From sequence record NC_073323.1: a DNA stretch of 45,288 nt, one strand, 5' to 3'. Under the pieces are notes generated by a model, which ran no database searches, was not told the DNA's origin, and saw only the letters and a program-made list of their open reading frames with translations. The translations under genes were made by a program, and so were the position numbers. Source of the stretch: Escherichia phage vB_EcoS-phiEc3. This document shows positions 36,836 through 44,676 of this stretch, in pieces (the stretch's first letter is position 1; each line of letters opens with the position of its first letter).

Positions 36836-37126
36836 TTATCTTTTAGCCAGACATTCCATCAAATGTGCGTACTTACGATAATAATCTGCGACAATCTCAT
36901 CACCGAAATACTGATAAACGTAGGATAGGTGGTCGGAGACATCGATGGAAGCCGACATTGTGCTGAGTCTTCTTAGACTAATCGACTGCAATTCTTCTGT
37001 AACGCAAAACGGCAAATATGAGTCCAGTTTACAGGAAACGTTAAAACACAACGCATACTCACCTTGCACTAAATAGACCATATAAGCACTGTCATTTTCT
37101 TTATCGTGGAAAATTACACCTTTCAT
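36836..37126 (-). CDS. Hypothetical protein, 96 aa
   Basis: ORF in leftward early operon. Confidence 0.45.
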   Translation of the reverse strand: MKGVIFHDKENDSAYMVYLVQGEYALCFNVSCKLDSYLPFCVTEELQSISLRRLSTMSASIDVSDHLSYVYQYFGDEIVADYYRKYAHLMECLAKR

Positions 37127-37293
37127 TTCACGTTCTCCTTAATCCACGCTTCAACTTTATTACGGTCAAATGTTCCTGGTAAACGGCGCCCCATTACTTT
37201 AACGCTGCAATCAGGAAACTTTCCACTCTTAATCCAGTTATTGATTGTCTGGCGGGTGACGCCGATTAATTCTGCAACTTCATTGATAGTCAT
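37123..37293 (-). CDS. AlpA/excisionase-like HTH DNA-binding protein
   Basis: Motif MTINEVAELIGVTRQTINNWIKSGKFP; ATG at 37293 after AGGAG (track extends to 37383 via TTG). Confidence 0.6.
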   Translation of the reverse strand: MTINEVAELIGVTRQTINNWIKSGKFPDCSVKVMGRRLPGTFDRNKVEAWIKENVK

Positions 37294-37322
37294 CTCGCGC
37301 TCTCCTGTGTAATATGTATCGA

Positions 37323-37351
37323 AGTATAAGGCGGTAACTTTGTAAAAGCAA
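37323..37351 (-). promoter_or_regulatory. Sigma70-like promoter TTGCTT-17-TATACT (leftward early)
   Basis: 17-nt spacer; 8-bp inverted repeat TAACTTTG/CAAAGTTA at 37335-37342 and 37365-37372. Confidence 0.45.
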
Positions 37352-37398
37352 CCAAAACACCACGCAAAGTTACTAAAATACAAAAGATGCTACTGGTA

Positions 37399-37427
37399 TT
37401 GACTTTTACTTGAAAATATGCTAAGCT
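37399..37427 (+). promoter_or_regulatory. Sigma70-like promoter TTGACT-17-TGnTAAGCT (rightward early)
   Basis: Conserved with 4675-4703. Confidence 0.5.
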
Positions 37428-37430
37428 TCA

Positions 37431-37541
37431 CTGAGCTTGTGAGATATCGCAAGCGACCGCGGAGCGGCAGGGAACGCAACGCGTGCCATTAGGCACTTGA
37501 GTGTAGTTCCGCTGACGCTTTCGGAAGGGTCAAAGTCTATT
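37431..37541 (+). ncRNA. Candidate structured leader RNA, copy 2
   Basis: Paralogous to 4708-4817 with compensatory substitutions in two helices. Confidence 0.5.
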
Positions 37542-37609
37542 GTTAATCCCGCCTAAATATCCAAGTCACTGATAATTAAAAGTTTCTATAGTTGCCGTGA
37601 GCAAGGTAG

Positions 37610-37666
37610 AGAGTACTTCACTCCGCTGGGGTGGGCTAAAGCCCACCCGCTGCGTTGCGTACTCTT
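37610..37666 (+). terminator. Extended stem-loop, terminator/attenuator-like
   Basis: Inner GGGTGGGC-TAAA-GCCCACCC closed by AGAGTAC/GTACTCT, then TTTAAAG. Confidence 0.35.
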
Positions 37667-37707
37667 TAAAGAAACAAAAGAATCACAACGGCAACGTAAC
37701 TATTCTC

Positions 37708-37736
37708 TTGCACACCCCAACATAATAGGATACTAT
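37708..37736 (+). promoter_or_regulatory. Sigma70-like promoter TTGCAC-17-TACTAT (conserved element copy)
   Basis: Same core as 4580-4608 and 13949-13977; AGGAG RBS follows. Confidence 0.5.
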
Positions 37737-37770
37737 TCACTTATCGGAACGAGACAGAGGAGTGATGGTT

Positions 37771-37956
37771 ATGTTTAAGAAGGGTCAGTTGGTTAAAACA
37801 AAACGCGGCGGACAGTACGTAATAGTTACCCAGAATGAGGATGAATATAGTACCGCTGTAGACGTATGGGGTCTTGTACGAAAGAAACATGGTTACGCTT
37901 TCAGAGATAATTTAACACTCATCGGCAACAATTTTAAATTCAAAGGGGTGAAGTGA
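37771..37956 (+). CDS. Hypothetical early protein, 61 aa
   Basis: ATG 9 nt after AGGAG; track ORF begins at GTG 37762. Confidence 0.5.
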   Translation: MFKKGQLVKTKRGGQYVIVTQNEDEYSTAVDVWGLVRKKHGYAFRDNLTLIGNNFKFKGVK

Positions 37957-38189
37957 TGCAAATCATAATTACAGATAACACCGTTATATACGAAGAAGAT
38001 GGTGATACTCCCGAGAAAATAGGCGTAAATGTGGGTGATGTTTTCAATGTACTGGATTCCTGTGAGGATGGCTGGTGGATTAAGACAGGAAGATACACAA
38101 TCCTGGTAACTAAGGCAGAAGCGAAGGTATACACAACGGCATCTAATCATGATGCTCGTGCCGACGACTCTGAGGGAGGTTGCCGTTAA
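37953..38189 (+). CDS. Hypothetical early protein, 78 aa
   Basis: ATGA-coupled start. Confidence 0.5.
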   Translation: MMQIIITDNTVIYEEDGDTPEKIGVNVGDVFNVLDSCEDGWWIKTGRYTILVTKAEAKVYTTASNHDARADDSEGGCR

Positions 38190-38344
38190 TGAAAATTCGA
38201 ATAACTGACCGCAGGCTTATAGATTTCGGTATCTCGGTAGGTGATGTTTTTCTGGCGTTCAGCAGCAACCATTATGGTTTTATGATTGAGTACAAAGGGT
38301 CATTATTGTTCGTGTATCGGGATGAATGCGAGGTTCTGGTATGA
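38189..38344 (+). CDS. Hypothetical early protein, 51 aa
   Basis: RBS GAGGGAGG, TAATG coupling; below track cutoff. Confidence 0.4.
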   Translation: MKIRITDRRLIDFGISVGDVFLAFSSNHYGFMIEYKGSLLFVYRDECEVLV

Positions 38345-38502
38345 GAGAAGCATTCGAACGGTGGGCCATCGTCGAGGGTCTGCCGGTTAATAAGGGTTCG
38401 AAGAAAGAGTACCTGAACGTTAAGACGCGTCTCGCGTGGCGGGCGTGGAAAGCTGGTGCGAATGTAATGGCTGGCGCATTTGAGAAGAGAGGCGATTTAT
38501 GA
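38341..38502 (+). CDS. Hypothetical early protein, 53 aa
   Basis: ATGA coupling at both ends; below track cutoff. Confidence 0.4.
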   Translation: MREAFERWAIVEGLPVNKGSKKEYLNVKTRLAWRAWKAGANVMAGAFEKRGDL

Positions 38503-38684
38503 GCAAGTGGATTAAGTGTAGTGAGCGGATGCCGGAGCCTTATGAATACGTTCTTGTAACTGATTGTTTTGTTGGCTGTGAGGTTATGCGTGTTAATTCA
38601 GATGGCTACTGGGGGCCTGCAAAGAGTTTATATCACGGTGATATAACGCACTGGATGCCGTTACCTGAGCCGCCGGAGGTGTGA
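38499..38684 (+). CDS. DUF551-like phage protein
   Basis: C-terminal HWMPLPEPP motif characteristic of DUF551. Confidence 0.55.
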   Translation: MSKWIKCSERMPEPYEYVLVTDCFVGCEVMRVNSDGYWGPAKSLYHGDITHWMPLPEPPEV

Positions 38685-38718
38685 TGTTCAATAGTTTAAG
38701 ATTTTACTGAGTGACTTA

Positions 38719-38746
38719 CGCTGCTACACAGCAGCGTATCATTTTT
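38719..38746 (+). terminator. Intrinsic terminator (CGCTGCT-ACAC-AGCAGCG then T-rich)
   Basis: 7-bp stem followed by TATCATTTTTCT. Confidence 0.6.
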
Positions 38747-38808
38747 CTCATTTTTGTTCTATTTCACCAAACGCAACAATCGAAGCGACTATTGCAGGAG
38801 ACGCAACA

Positions 38809-38985
38809 ATGAAAACGTTCACAGAGAAACTTATGGGGTTCGTTGCAAAGCGAGACGCTGCGGCTCGTAGTTACCGTAAATGTGCCAACTGCGGCAGCGA
38901 GCAGGTACAGTTAATCTCGTACCTGGGCGACTCGGTTACACATAAGTGCAGAAAGTGCCGCCACGTACATTCGCAACACCAATAA
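38809..38985 (+). CDS. Zinc-ribbon small protein, 58 aa
   Basis: CANCGS...CRKCRH (two CxxC pairs), RBS AGGAG 8 nt upstream. Confidence 0.45.
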   Translation: MKTFTEKLMGFVAKRDAAARSYRKCANCGSEQVQLISYLGDSVTHKCRKCRHVHSQHQ

Positions 38986-38992
38986 AATTTAC

Positions 38993-39021
38993 TTGCACAC
39001 TAAGATAGAATAGGCTACTAT
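38993..39021 (+). promoter_or_regulatory. Sigma70-like promoter TTGCAC-17-TACTAT
   Basis: Contains GAATAGG-N-CTACTATTC dyad. Confidence 0.5.
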
Positions 39022-39052
39022 TCATTTACACAAACTAGAGGAGAGACAGAGG

Positions 39053-39181
39053 ATGAAAGATTATAGCGAAGTGACTTTAGGCGAGTTGCAGGACGAGTAT
39101 GAAGATATGCTCTACCCGTTCATCTGCGACGGAGATTACAACGGCGTCTATAACGGAGTGAGTGAAGAATATGAATACTAA
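39053..39181 (+). CDS. Hypothetical acidic peptide, 42 aa
   Basis: RBS GAGGAGAGACAGAGG then ATG; below track cutoff. Confidence 0.35.
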   Translation: MKDYSEVTLGELQDEYEDMLYPFICDGDYNGVYNGVSEEYEY

Positions 39182-39359
39182 AAACGAGCATTTGATTAAA
39201 GTTACCCCGGTATGGTCGGCGTGGGTTATCGCCCCCGACGGAAAGCACGTACCGAAATTTGTGTTCACTGATGAGAAAGTTGCGCGTGAGTGGCTTCGTG
39301 CAGGCAAGAAAGGTGAACGCGGCGTCATGAAGGTTGGGTTAGTAGGAGACGTAGTATGA
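39171..39359 (+). CDS. Hypothetical early protein
   Basis: Track ORF from GTG 39162; ATG at 39171. Confidence 0.45.
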   Translation: MNTKNEHLIKVTPVWSAWVIAPDGKHVPKFVFTDEKVAREWLRAGKKGERGVMKVGLVGDVV

Positions 39360-39796
39360 GTAACAAAAACGAAGTATTCGAGTACCTGATTGACCAGCTA
39401 CGGCAGCAGGTAAATAACAACCGGTGCGAAGACCTGGCGCATGAGGTGCAGTCACTTAAGAATCAGTTACGCGATGCGTCGGCGCAGATTAAGGAGTTGC
39501 AGAGTGAGTTACAGCATCAGATTGACCTGGCGGCGGGTGTGTATAGATGGTCTACCGCACATTTCGACGAGAAAGGTAAAGTCTTCAAGGTCGAGCGTGG
39601 GATTAAGACTGAGCAATCTGGTTGCCGTAAAGAAGATACTCATAGCCAAGGAACCGGAGTATCCGGGCGAGTTCGGGAAGGCGGTGTTAGGGTGACAGGA
39701 TGTCAGTCGGAGTGCAGTCATTTATGGCATTACACCGACGACCACTTAGTACATTGCGTTTTGTGTGGGTTAAAAAGGAGCGACGAAGCGCTATGA
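39356..39796 (+). CDS. Hypothetical protein, N-terminal coiled coil, C-terminal Cys/His cluster
   Basis: ATGA coupling to next gene supports full length; alternative frame 39441-39695 rejected. Confidence 0.5.
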   Translation: MSNKNEVFEYLIDQLRQQVNNNRCEDLAHEVQSLKNQLRDASAQIKELQSELQHQIDLAAGVYRWSTAHFDEKGKVFKVERGIKTEQSGCRKEDTHSQGTGVSGRVREGGVRVTGCQSECSHLWHYTDDHLVHCVLCGLKRSDEAL

Positions 39797-39996
39797 CCAG
39801 CATCTTATTTATCTGGGTATTGTCGGCGGGCCAGATGCAACTGGCGGCAACAGAAACGTTTTACTCAATGGAGGCGTGCCAGTCAGCGGCACGCGCCGCA
39901 GAGAACGCGCACTTCCTGTTTCAGGGGGACAAGCCCATCGATTCAGAGGTACGCGCTATCTGCTCACCTAAGCGACTTGGTAAACAGGAGAAATAA
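39793..39996 (+). CDS. Small secreted/membrane protein, 67 aa
   Basis: AAGGAG RBS; hydrophobic N-terminus TSILFIWVLSAG. Confidence 0.5.
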   Translation: MTSILFIWVLSAGQMQLAATETFYSMEACQSAARAAENAHFLFQGDKPIDSEVRAICSPKRLGKQEK

Positions 39997-39997
39997 C

Positions 39998-40192
39998 ATG
40001 GTACAGAGATACGAGTTAGAGTTGTTTCATCAGAAAGGTGGCTCGGTAAACCCGTGCGATGATGGTGGATACATAGAGTACGAAGATTACGCGAAACTCG
40101 AAGCCGAGTTACAGAAATACAAGGACCAGTTTCCTGATTACGTTGAGTGCGCGAACTGTGGGTCAGTTACACATGTGGAAGGGGTGGAGTGA
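39998..40192 (+). CDS. Hypothetical early protein, 64 aa
   Basis: RBS CAGGAG then ATG at 39998. Confidence 0.45.
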   Translation: MVQRYELELFHQKGGSVNPCDDGGYIEYEDYAKLEAELQKYKDQFPDYVECANCGSVTHVEGVE

Positions 40193-40485
40193 TGTCTCTG
40201 GCAACTGACATCCTGAAACGAAGCGGCCTTGCGCCGCTGTCACCGAGAGCGAACACCCGAATATACAAGCGCCGCCGTAACGCGCTGTACCCCGAGATAC
40301 AAGAACGGCGTAAAGCTATCCGCGCCTGTGGATTCCAGAACGGGAAGGCCGTTAATCTAGGTGAGTTCAAAACACAGGAACGTGCTGCAATCGCTAATCG
40401 GCTATTTAATTACTGGAAATCTCTTGGTTATGATGATATTCCGACGAAACCGCAGAGACGACAATACATCTGGAGACATAAATGA
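40192..40485 (+). CDS. Hypothetical basic protein, 97 aa
   Basis: ATG overlapping upstream stop. Confidence 0.45.
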   Translation: MSLATDILKRSGLAPLSPRANTRIYKRRRNALYPEIQERRKAIRACGFQNGKAVNLGEFKTQERAAIANRLFNYWKSLGYDDIPTKPQRRQYIWRHK

Positions 40486-40922
40486 CTACTATCGCGTTCG
40501 ACGGAAAGACAATGGCCTGCGACACCCGTGTTGTGTGCGGGAGTAACTGTTACAACACAGACACAAAGATATACGAGAACGATTTTGCTGTTATCGGGGT
40601 GGCTGGTGATGCGGGGGTGGGGACTATGCTTATCGATTGCCCTGATATTCTTCAGGCAAAGCACTATGACTTCGATTTCGAAGCCCTTGTGTTCGTGAAA
40701 GACACAGAAAAGGTGTATAAAGTCGCTTTTTATAAATCGTGGGATTGCGCCCTTAGTTCGGTTATTCCGGTTGCGGATGGCTTTGCAGCTGTTGGTTCCG
40801 GCGCACCTTATGCACTGGCGGCTATGGAATGCGGATATTCGGCACATGGTGGCGTAGCCGTTGCGTCGAAGTTCGACACCAACACCGGCGGCAAGATTAT
40901 TACCAAACAACTATTAGGATAA
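40482..40922 (+). CDS. HslV-like Ntn-hydrolase (proteasome beta-type peptidase)
   Basis: N-terminal MTTIAF (Thr nucleophile at position 2), [17 protein letters not shown] and [12 protein letters not shown] alignable to HslV. Confidence 0.6.
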   Translation: [146 protein letters not shown]

Positions 40923-40981
40923 TTCCTAAGCGTGGTATCCTCCAGTTACTGCATACTTAATACGCACCTGGAGGATTCATC

Positions 40982-41290
40982 TTGGATAAATTTACTGAAA
41001 CAGTGACAGGCTGGCTTCTCGCTGCCGCACTCGCCGGAGGGGTCATCGGACTACGACAACATAAGTCCGTTATTTCTGGACCCATCGACGGCTTATTCTT
41101 TATTGTAACCGGCTTCGCTTGCGCCGTATTCGGTGCGCCTCTCGCTGCCCAATGGTTCGGCATTACCGGGGAGCGTGAAATCGCTGGTCTGGGTTTCATC
41201 ATCGCTATTCTCTGGATGCCTATCTATTCCCGCCTCTCCGGTATCGTCGCCGGGGAATACATCTCACGTCGAGGAGGCCCGGATGAATGA
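40982..41290 (+). CDS. Holin (three predicted TM helices)
   Basis: TTG start 7 nt after GGAGGA; precedes endolysin. Confidence 0.55.
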   Translation: MDKFTETVTGWLLAAALAGGVIGLRQHKSVISGPIDGLFFIVTGFACAVFGAPLAAQWFGITGEREIAGLGFIIAILWMPIYSRLSGIVAGEYISRRGGPDE

Positions 41291-41555
41291 GTTATTCTGG
41301 TTCGGCGGTATGCTGGCAATCGGGGGTACATCGCTGTTTAATGTGTACCATCCCAGCGTTGATGACGGGCTGTTCGGCCGGGTGCTCTATATCCTGACTG
41401 CTATCGTCTGCGCCGCCGGATGTATCCACCTGTTACAGGGCAGCGTGTCACCAACGCTGCCTGAGACATTAATCACATTAGTTGCGCTGCGCCAGATTCG
41501 TCAGGCGTGGCTGTCATACGGAGGACATAAGCGTGTCTCGAAATATTTCAGATAA
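41283..41555 (+). CDS. Holin-like / antiholin membrane protein (two TM helices)
   Basis: ATG after GGAGG; between holin and endolysin. Confidence 0.5.
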   Translation: MNELFWFGGMLAIGGTSLFNVYHPSVDDGLFGRVLYILTAIVCAAGCIHLLQGSVSPTLPETLITLVALRQIRQAWLSYGGHKRVSKYFR

Positions 41556-42021
41556 TGGACTGCATTTCACCGCCGCGTTCGAGGGGTTCCGTGGTACTGC
41601 ATATCGTGCTACGCCAAATGAGAAGTACCTGACTATTGGGTACGGTCATTATGGGCCAGACGTAACGCCAGGCAAGACCATCACCCCCGGACAAGGCCTC
41701 CTGTTACTGAACCGTGATATGGCTAAGGCTGTAGCTGCTGTTGACGCAGCAGCACACCATTCATTGACACAGGCACAGTTCGACGCTGTTTGCGACCTGG
41801 TCTACAACGCAGGTGCTGGTGTGATTGCTGCTACTACCGGCACGGGTAAGGCACTGCGTTCTGGTGATATTGCAACGCTGCGGGCTAAGCTGGCGCTGTT
41901 CATCAACCAGAACGGCAAACCGATACTTGGACTGCGTCGTCGTACCGCCGGTCGTCTGGCGCTGTTCGACGGTAAACCGTGGCAGGAGGCTGAGGCTATC
42001 GGGCGCGCGGTGAAAGGTTGA
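41533..42021 (+). CDS. Endolysin, lysozyme-like (GH24-type)
   Basis: Motif GLHFTAAFEGFRGTAYRATPNEKYLTIGYGHYG; GTG start 8 nt after GGAGG. Confidence 0.7.
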   Translation: MSRNISDNGLHFTAAFEGFRGTAYRATPNEKYLTIGYGHYGPDVTPGKTITPGQGLLLLNRDMAKAVAAVDAAAHHSLTQAQFDAVCDLVYNAGAGVIAATTGTGKALRSGDIATLRAKLALFINQNGKPILGLRRRTAGRLALFDGKPWQEAEAIGRAVKG

Positions 42022-42086
42022 CACATAAGACTAATCCGACGATACTTAAATCACCTCCTGCTCCATCCCTCTGCTCTCCAGTTTTA

Positions 42087-42117
42087 TCCCGGCCCTGACC
42101 CAGCCGGGATTTTTTTT
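42087..42117 (+). terminator. Strong intrinsic terminator (TCCCGGC-loop-GCCGGGA then TTTTTTT)
   Basis: 7-bp GC stem and 7-T run after lysis cassette. Confidence 0.75.
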
Positions 42118-42202
42118 ATCTATTTTCTGTGATGACGAGTTGACTATTATCCTCGACCCTATTATATTTACTTCATCGACAACGAGAACGGAGTAGAGAG
42201 AA

Positions 42203-42403
42203 ATGGGCAACGTATCGACGATAGAAATAACCGAAGAACTCGAAGTTAAATGTATCGCATCAGCTATAATAGGGAATGGTTCGGTGGAAAAACTACAGAT
42301 GAGGGCTGCTGCGGGCTACATACGCAGGGCTAATAGCGCGCAGACTGATGTTTTACGTAAACGTTACCTCGTGAAAGCGTTAGAAATACTGGAGAATAAC
42401 TAA
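42203..42403 (+). CDS. Hypothetical protein, 66 aa
   Basis: ORF with ATG start. Confidence 0.45.
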   Translation: MGNVSTIEITEELEVKCIASAIIGNGSVEKLQMRAAAGYIRRANSAQTDVLRKRYLVKALEILENN

Positions 42404-42552
42404 TGAAAATCACAGATATCGAAGCATTCAAAGACGCGCAACTGATGGCGCGCATCGCAGTTAGTAACCTGAGCAACAGCATTCCAGCGGACGCGTTCTG
42501 GTTCGCTGCGATGCAGACACTTAAAGCAGCTTATGCAGGAGAGAAGAAATGA
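42403..42552 (+). CDS. Hypothetical protein, 49 aa
   Basis: TAATG coupling, RBS GGAGAA; below track cutoff. Confidence 0.35.
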   Translation: MKITDIEAFKDAQLMARIAVSNLSNSIPADAFWFAAMQTLKAAYAGEKK

Positions 42553-42746
42553 AAGTTAAAGCCGCTAAAATTCTCTGGTTAGCCGCCCTTGACTATGTGA
42601 CAGAGGGTAAAGTGTACGATGTGTACAACCCGACAGCTACTGGTTTCGGTTATATAGACTCCGACGACGACTGCTGTATTTTCATAGACTTTGGTAACGA
42701 TGAAGGTGATGGCTTCCACGGCGTTAAATGGGAGATTGTAGAATGA
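42549..42746 (+). CDS. Hypothetical protein, 65 aa
   Basis: ATGA-coupled. Confidence 0.45.
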   Translation: MKVKAAKILWLAALDYVTEGKVYDVYNPTATGFGYIDSDDDCCIFIDFGNDEGDGFHGVKWEIVE

Positions 42747-42901
42747 GCGAACAAGGTCAAGTAAGCCAACCACTACGGGTAGGCCGTAAAGTCAGCCACA
42801 CCCCGTTCCCGACACGCGAGGAACTGATGAAACGTAACAGTTTCCCTGGGCCGGACAAGAACAAGTATCTCAATCGCATGTGGGGAGAGCGTAAAGAATG
42901 A
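42743..42901 (+). CDS. Hypothetical protein, 52 aa
   Basis: ATGA coupling both ends; below track cutoff. Confidence 0.35.
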   Translation: MSEQGQVSQPLRVGRKVSHTPFPTREELMKRNSFPGPDKNKYLNRMWGERKE

Positions 42902-43101
42902 TTGTTAGCTATGAAATGCCATCACAGGGCCAATTTGTTGCGGTGTGGTTTGTACGGGATGCCCCATATTCGGCAACTCTTAGATGGGAATACGGGCAAC
43001 TTAAAGCCTATAACCACTCCGATGACTCCTGGGATTGCGAATGCGACCATGGGTATAGCGCCCAGGTGCTGGAATCATTAGAAGCAACTTTTTACAGGTG
43101 A
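42898..43101 (+). CDS. Hypothetical protein, 67 aa
   Basis: ATGA-coupled. Confidence 0.45.
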   Translation: MIVSYEMPSQGQFVAVWFVRDAPYSATLRWEYGQLKAYNHSDDSWDCECDHGYSAQVLESLEATFYR

Positions 43102-43107
43102 TAAGAA

Positions 43108-43281
43108 ATGACTAACAACGAATACGAGAAAGCATGCGTCGAACACGCGACAGGTGAGTCCGAAATCGCATGGATTGACGCCCACATCGAGCACCACTTA
43201 CGGCGGGTCGATAAACTGATGGAACGTCGCCGTGAGTTGATTAACCGCTTCAACCTGAACAAAGGTGACAGCAATGCCTAA
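43108..43281 (+). CDS. Hypothetical protein, 57 aa
   Basis: RBS AGGTGA; below track cutoff. Confidence 0.35.
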   Translation: MTNNEYEKACVEHATGESEIAWIDAHIEHHLRRVDKLMERRRELINRFNLNKGDSNA

Positions 43282-43552
43282 AATAACAATCGCATCACTC
43301 GAGCGTCGTATTCTGGTGCTTGAGTCGGAGAGACAGACGTTAGGTGGGCAACTGTCAATTAACGGTGAGTTTCAACTGGAGGCGTTTAAGCAGTTACTCA
43401 CACTCACGGCGGACATAGAAAATATGCTCAGCTTGCTGGAGTCAGGAGAGTGGTCAGAGCATTGCACTAAATCAGAGTTAGGCCAACGGCTTGAGTCGGA
43501 GATTACTAACATGCTTAGTGGTCTTGGGTGGTCGCAAGATGAAAGCGCCTGA
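43274..43552 (+). CDS. Hypothetical coiled-coil protein
   Basis: ATG at 43274 within track ORF 43265-43552. Confidence 0.45.
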   Translation: MPKITIASLERRILVLESERQTLGGQLSINGEFQLEAFKQLLTLTADIENMLSLLESGEWSEHCTKSELGQRLESEITNMLSGLGWSQDESA

Positions 43553-43721
43553 GCCAGTAGTTATCGATGGTGTCCTGTGGAAACCTTACTCGGTTAACCA
43601 CCTCGACGCTGACGGGAAGAAGTTCAGCTTCTACATTTTTGCAATCAGCCGAGAGCACGCCGCCTGTGTGGTCGATGATATACGAGAAACGGCGTGGCTC
43701 GGTGATGAGATAGTGGGGTGA
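43539..43721 (+). CDS. Hypothetical protein, 60 aa
   Basis: ATG at 43539 within track ORF 43491-43721. Confidence 0.4.
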   Translation: MKAPEPVVIDGVLWKPYSVNHLDADGKKFSFYIFAISREHAACVVDDIRETAWLGDEIVG

Positions 43722-43808
43722 GGGTATGAGTCTTGAGGCGGTTATTGGTCTTGTAGTGGCAAGCTATTTTATCGGCGTATTGGTTGGTTTTGTGTGGGGT
43801 CGAGAATA

Positions 43809-44090
43809 ATGGCGCGTACTGTTGCATCGAGATTCACTGATATTGAATCTGCGATAGAAGAGGCCGTCTATCGTAAATATGCAAACGCCAGTGAAACACA
43901 GAATTACGGTGTTATCTCGGTCAATGGCATGTTCGAAACACGCAGGGTGCGCGCTTGTCGACCGCAAGAGTTTATATGGTCTACAGAGGGGTTGGTTCCT
44001 CGGTGCCTCGTTCTTACTAACGGCAGCCATACGGTGTTCGTAGACCTGGATAAGAAAGACATAACGGTTACTAAGGGAGAGATTAATTGA
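43809..44090 (+). CDS. Hypothetical protein, 93 aa
   Basis: ATG at 43809 within track ORF 43794-44090. Confidence 0.45.
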   Translation: MARTVASRFTDIESAIEEAVYRKYANASETQNYGVISVNGMFETRRVRACRPQEFIWSTEGLVPRCLVLTNGSHTVFVDLDKKDITVTKGEIN

Positions 44091-44323
44091 TTACCAGCAT
44101 TCCGAACCTGATTGAAGAATTTGGCACGATGGCGGAGACATGCCGTCAAACCGGCATCAATGAGATGACGATTGCCAAGTACAGCAAAGACGTTGATTGC
44201 GAACGCCATGTAATTTATAACAACCGTCTGATGACGCACGTTAAGACAAGCCCGGTGTTATTCACGCGCCGTGGTATCACTAAAACAGAGCAACGCATTG
44301 CGCGAGAGGAGAGCGGGGAATGA
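44087..44323 (+). CDS. Hypothetical protein, 78 aa
   Basis: TTG start after GGGAGA. Confidence 0.4.
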   Translation: MITSIPNLIEEFGTMAETCRQTGINEMTIAKYSKDVDCERHVIYNNRLMTHVKTSPVLFTRRGITKTEQRIAREESGE

Positions 44324-44592
44324 TTGAATATGATAACTACCACATAAACCGGTGTGAGGCACTTGAATTTTTGTCCAGAAACTTCCGCGATTTCCCAGAA
44401 CACATGCCTAATGTACGCGAAGTTGCGGAGGGTATTTCCGAGAACATATTCAAAGGCTGGCGATTCGTCGTTATTGATTCTGGTGAGTTGGTTTTCGCTG
44501 ATTGCCTTTCACCATGTATTCGTAAAATAGACCTTGAGGAATTTAATGCAACTTTTAGTCTTTCCGAATGCCTGGGTTATAGCGGTAGCTAA
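44320..44592 (+). CDS. Hypothetical protein, 90 aa
   Basis: ATGA-coupled. Confidence 0.45.
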   Translation: MIEYDNYHINRCEALEFLSRNFRDFPEHMPNVREVAEGISENIFKGWRFVVIDSGELVFADCLSPCIRKIDLEEFNATFSLSECLGYSGS

Positions 44593-44651
44593 CGACCATT
44601 ACGGCGGCGACGGTAAACGAGCGCCACGCCACGGCCTATATAACTGATACA

Positions 44652-44676
44652 AGCCCTCTACGGAGGGCTTTTCTGT
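44652..44676 (+). terminator. Intrinsic terminator (GCCCTC-TACG-GAGGGC then TTTTCTGT)
   Basis: GC stem plus T run upstream of small terminase. Confidence 0.55.

Noticed and set aside
33726-37383. Lysogeny module (integrase plus repressor)
   Set aside because: Only small HTH proteins (XRE-like, AlpA-like) are present; no integrase or recombinase-sized ORF with tyrosine/serine recombinase motifs, so temperate lifestyle is not supported.
39441-39695. Alternative-frame ORF inside 39356-39796
   Set aside because: N-terminal two thirds is Arg/Ser-rich; the 39356 frame has a convincing coiled-coil N-terminus and ATGA coupling to the next gene.
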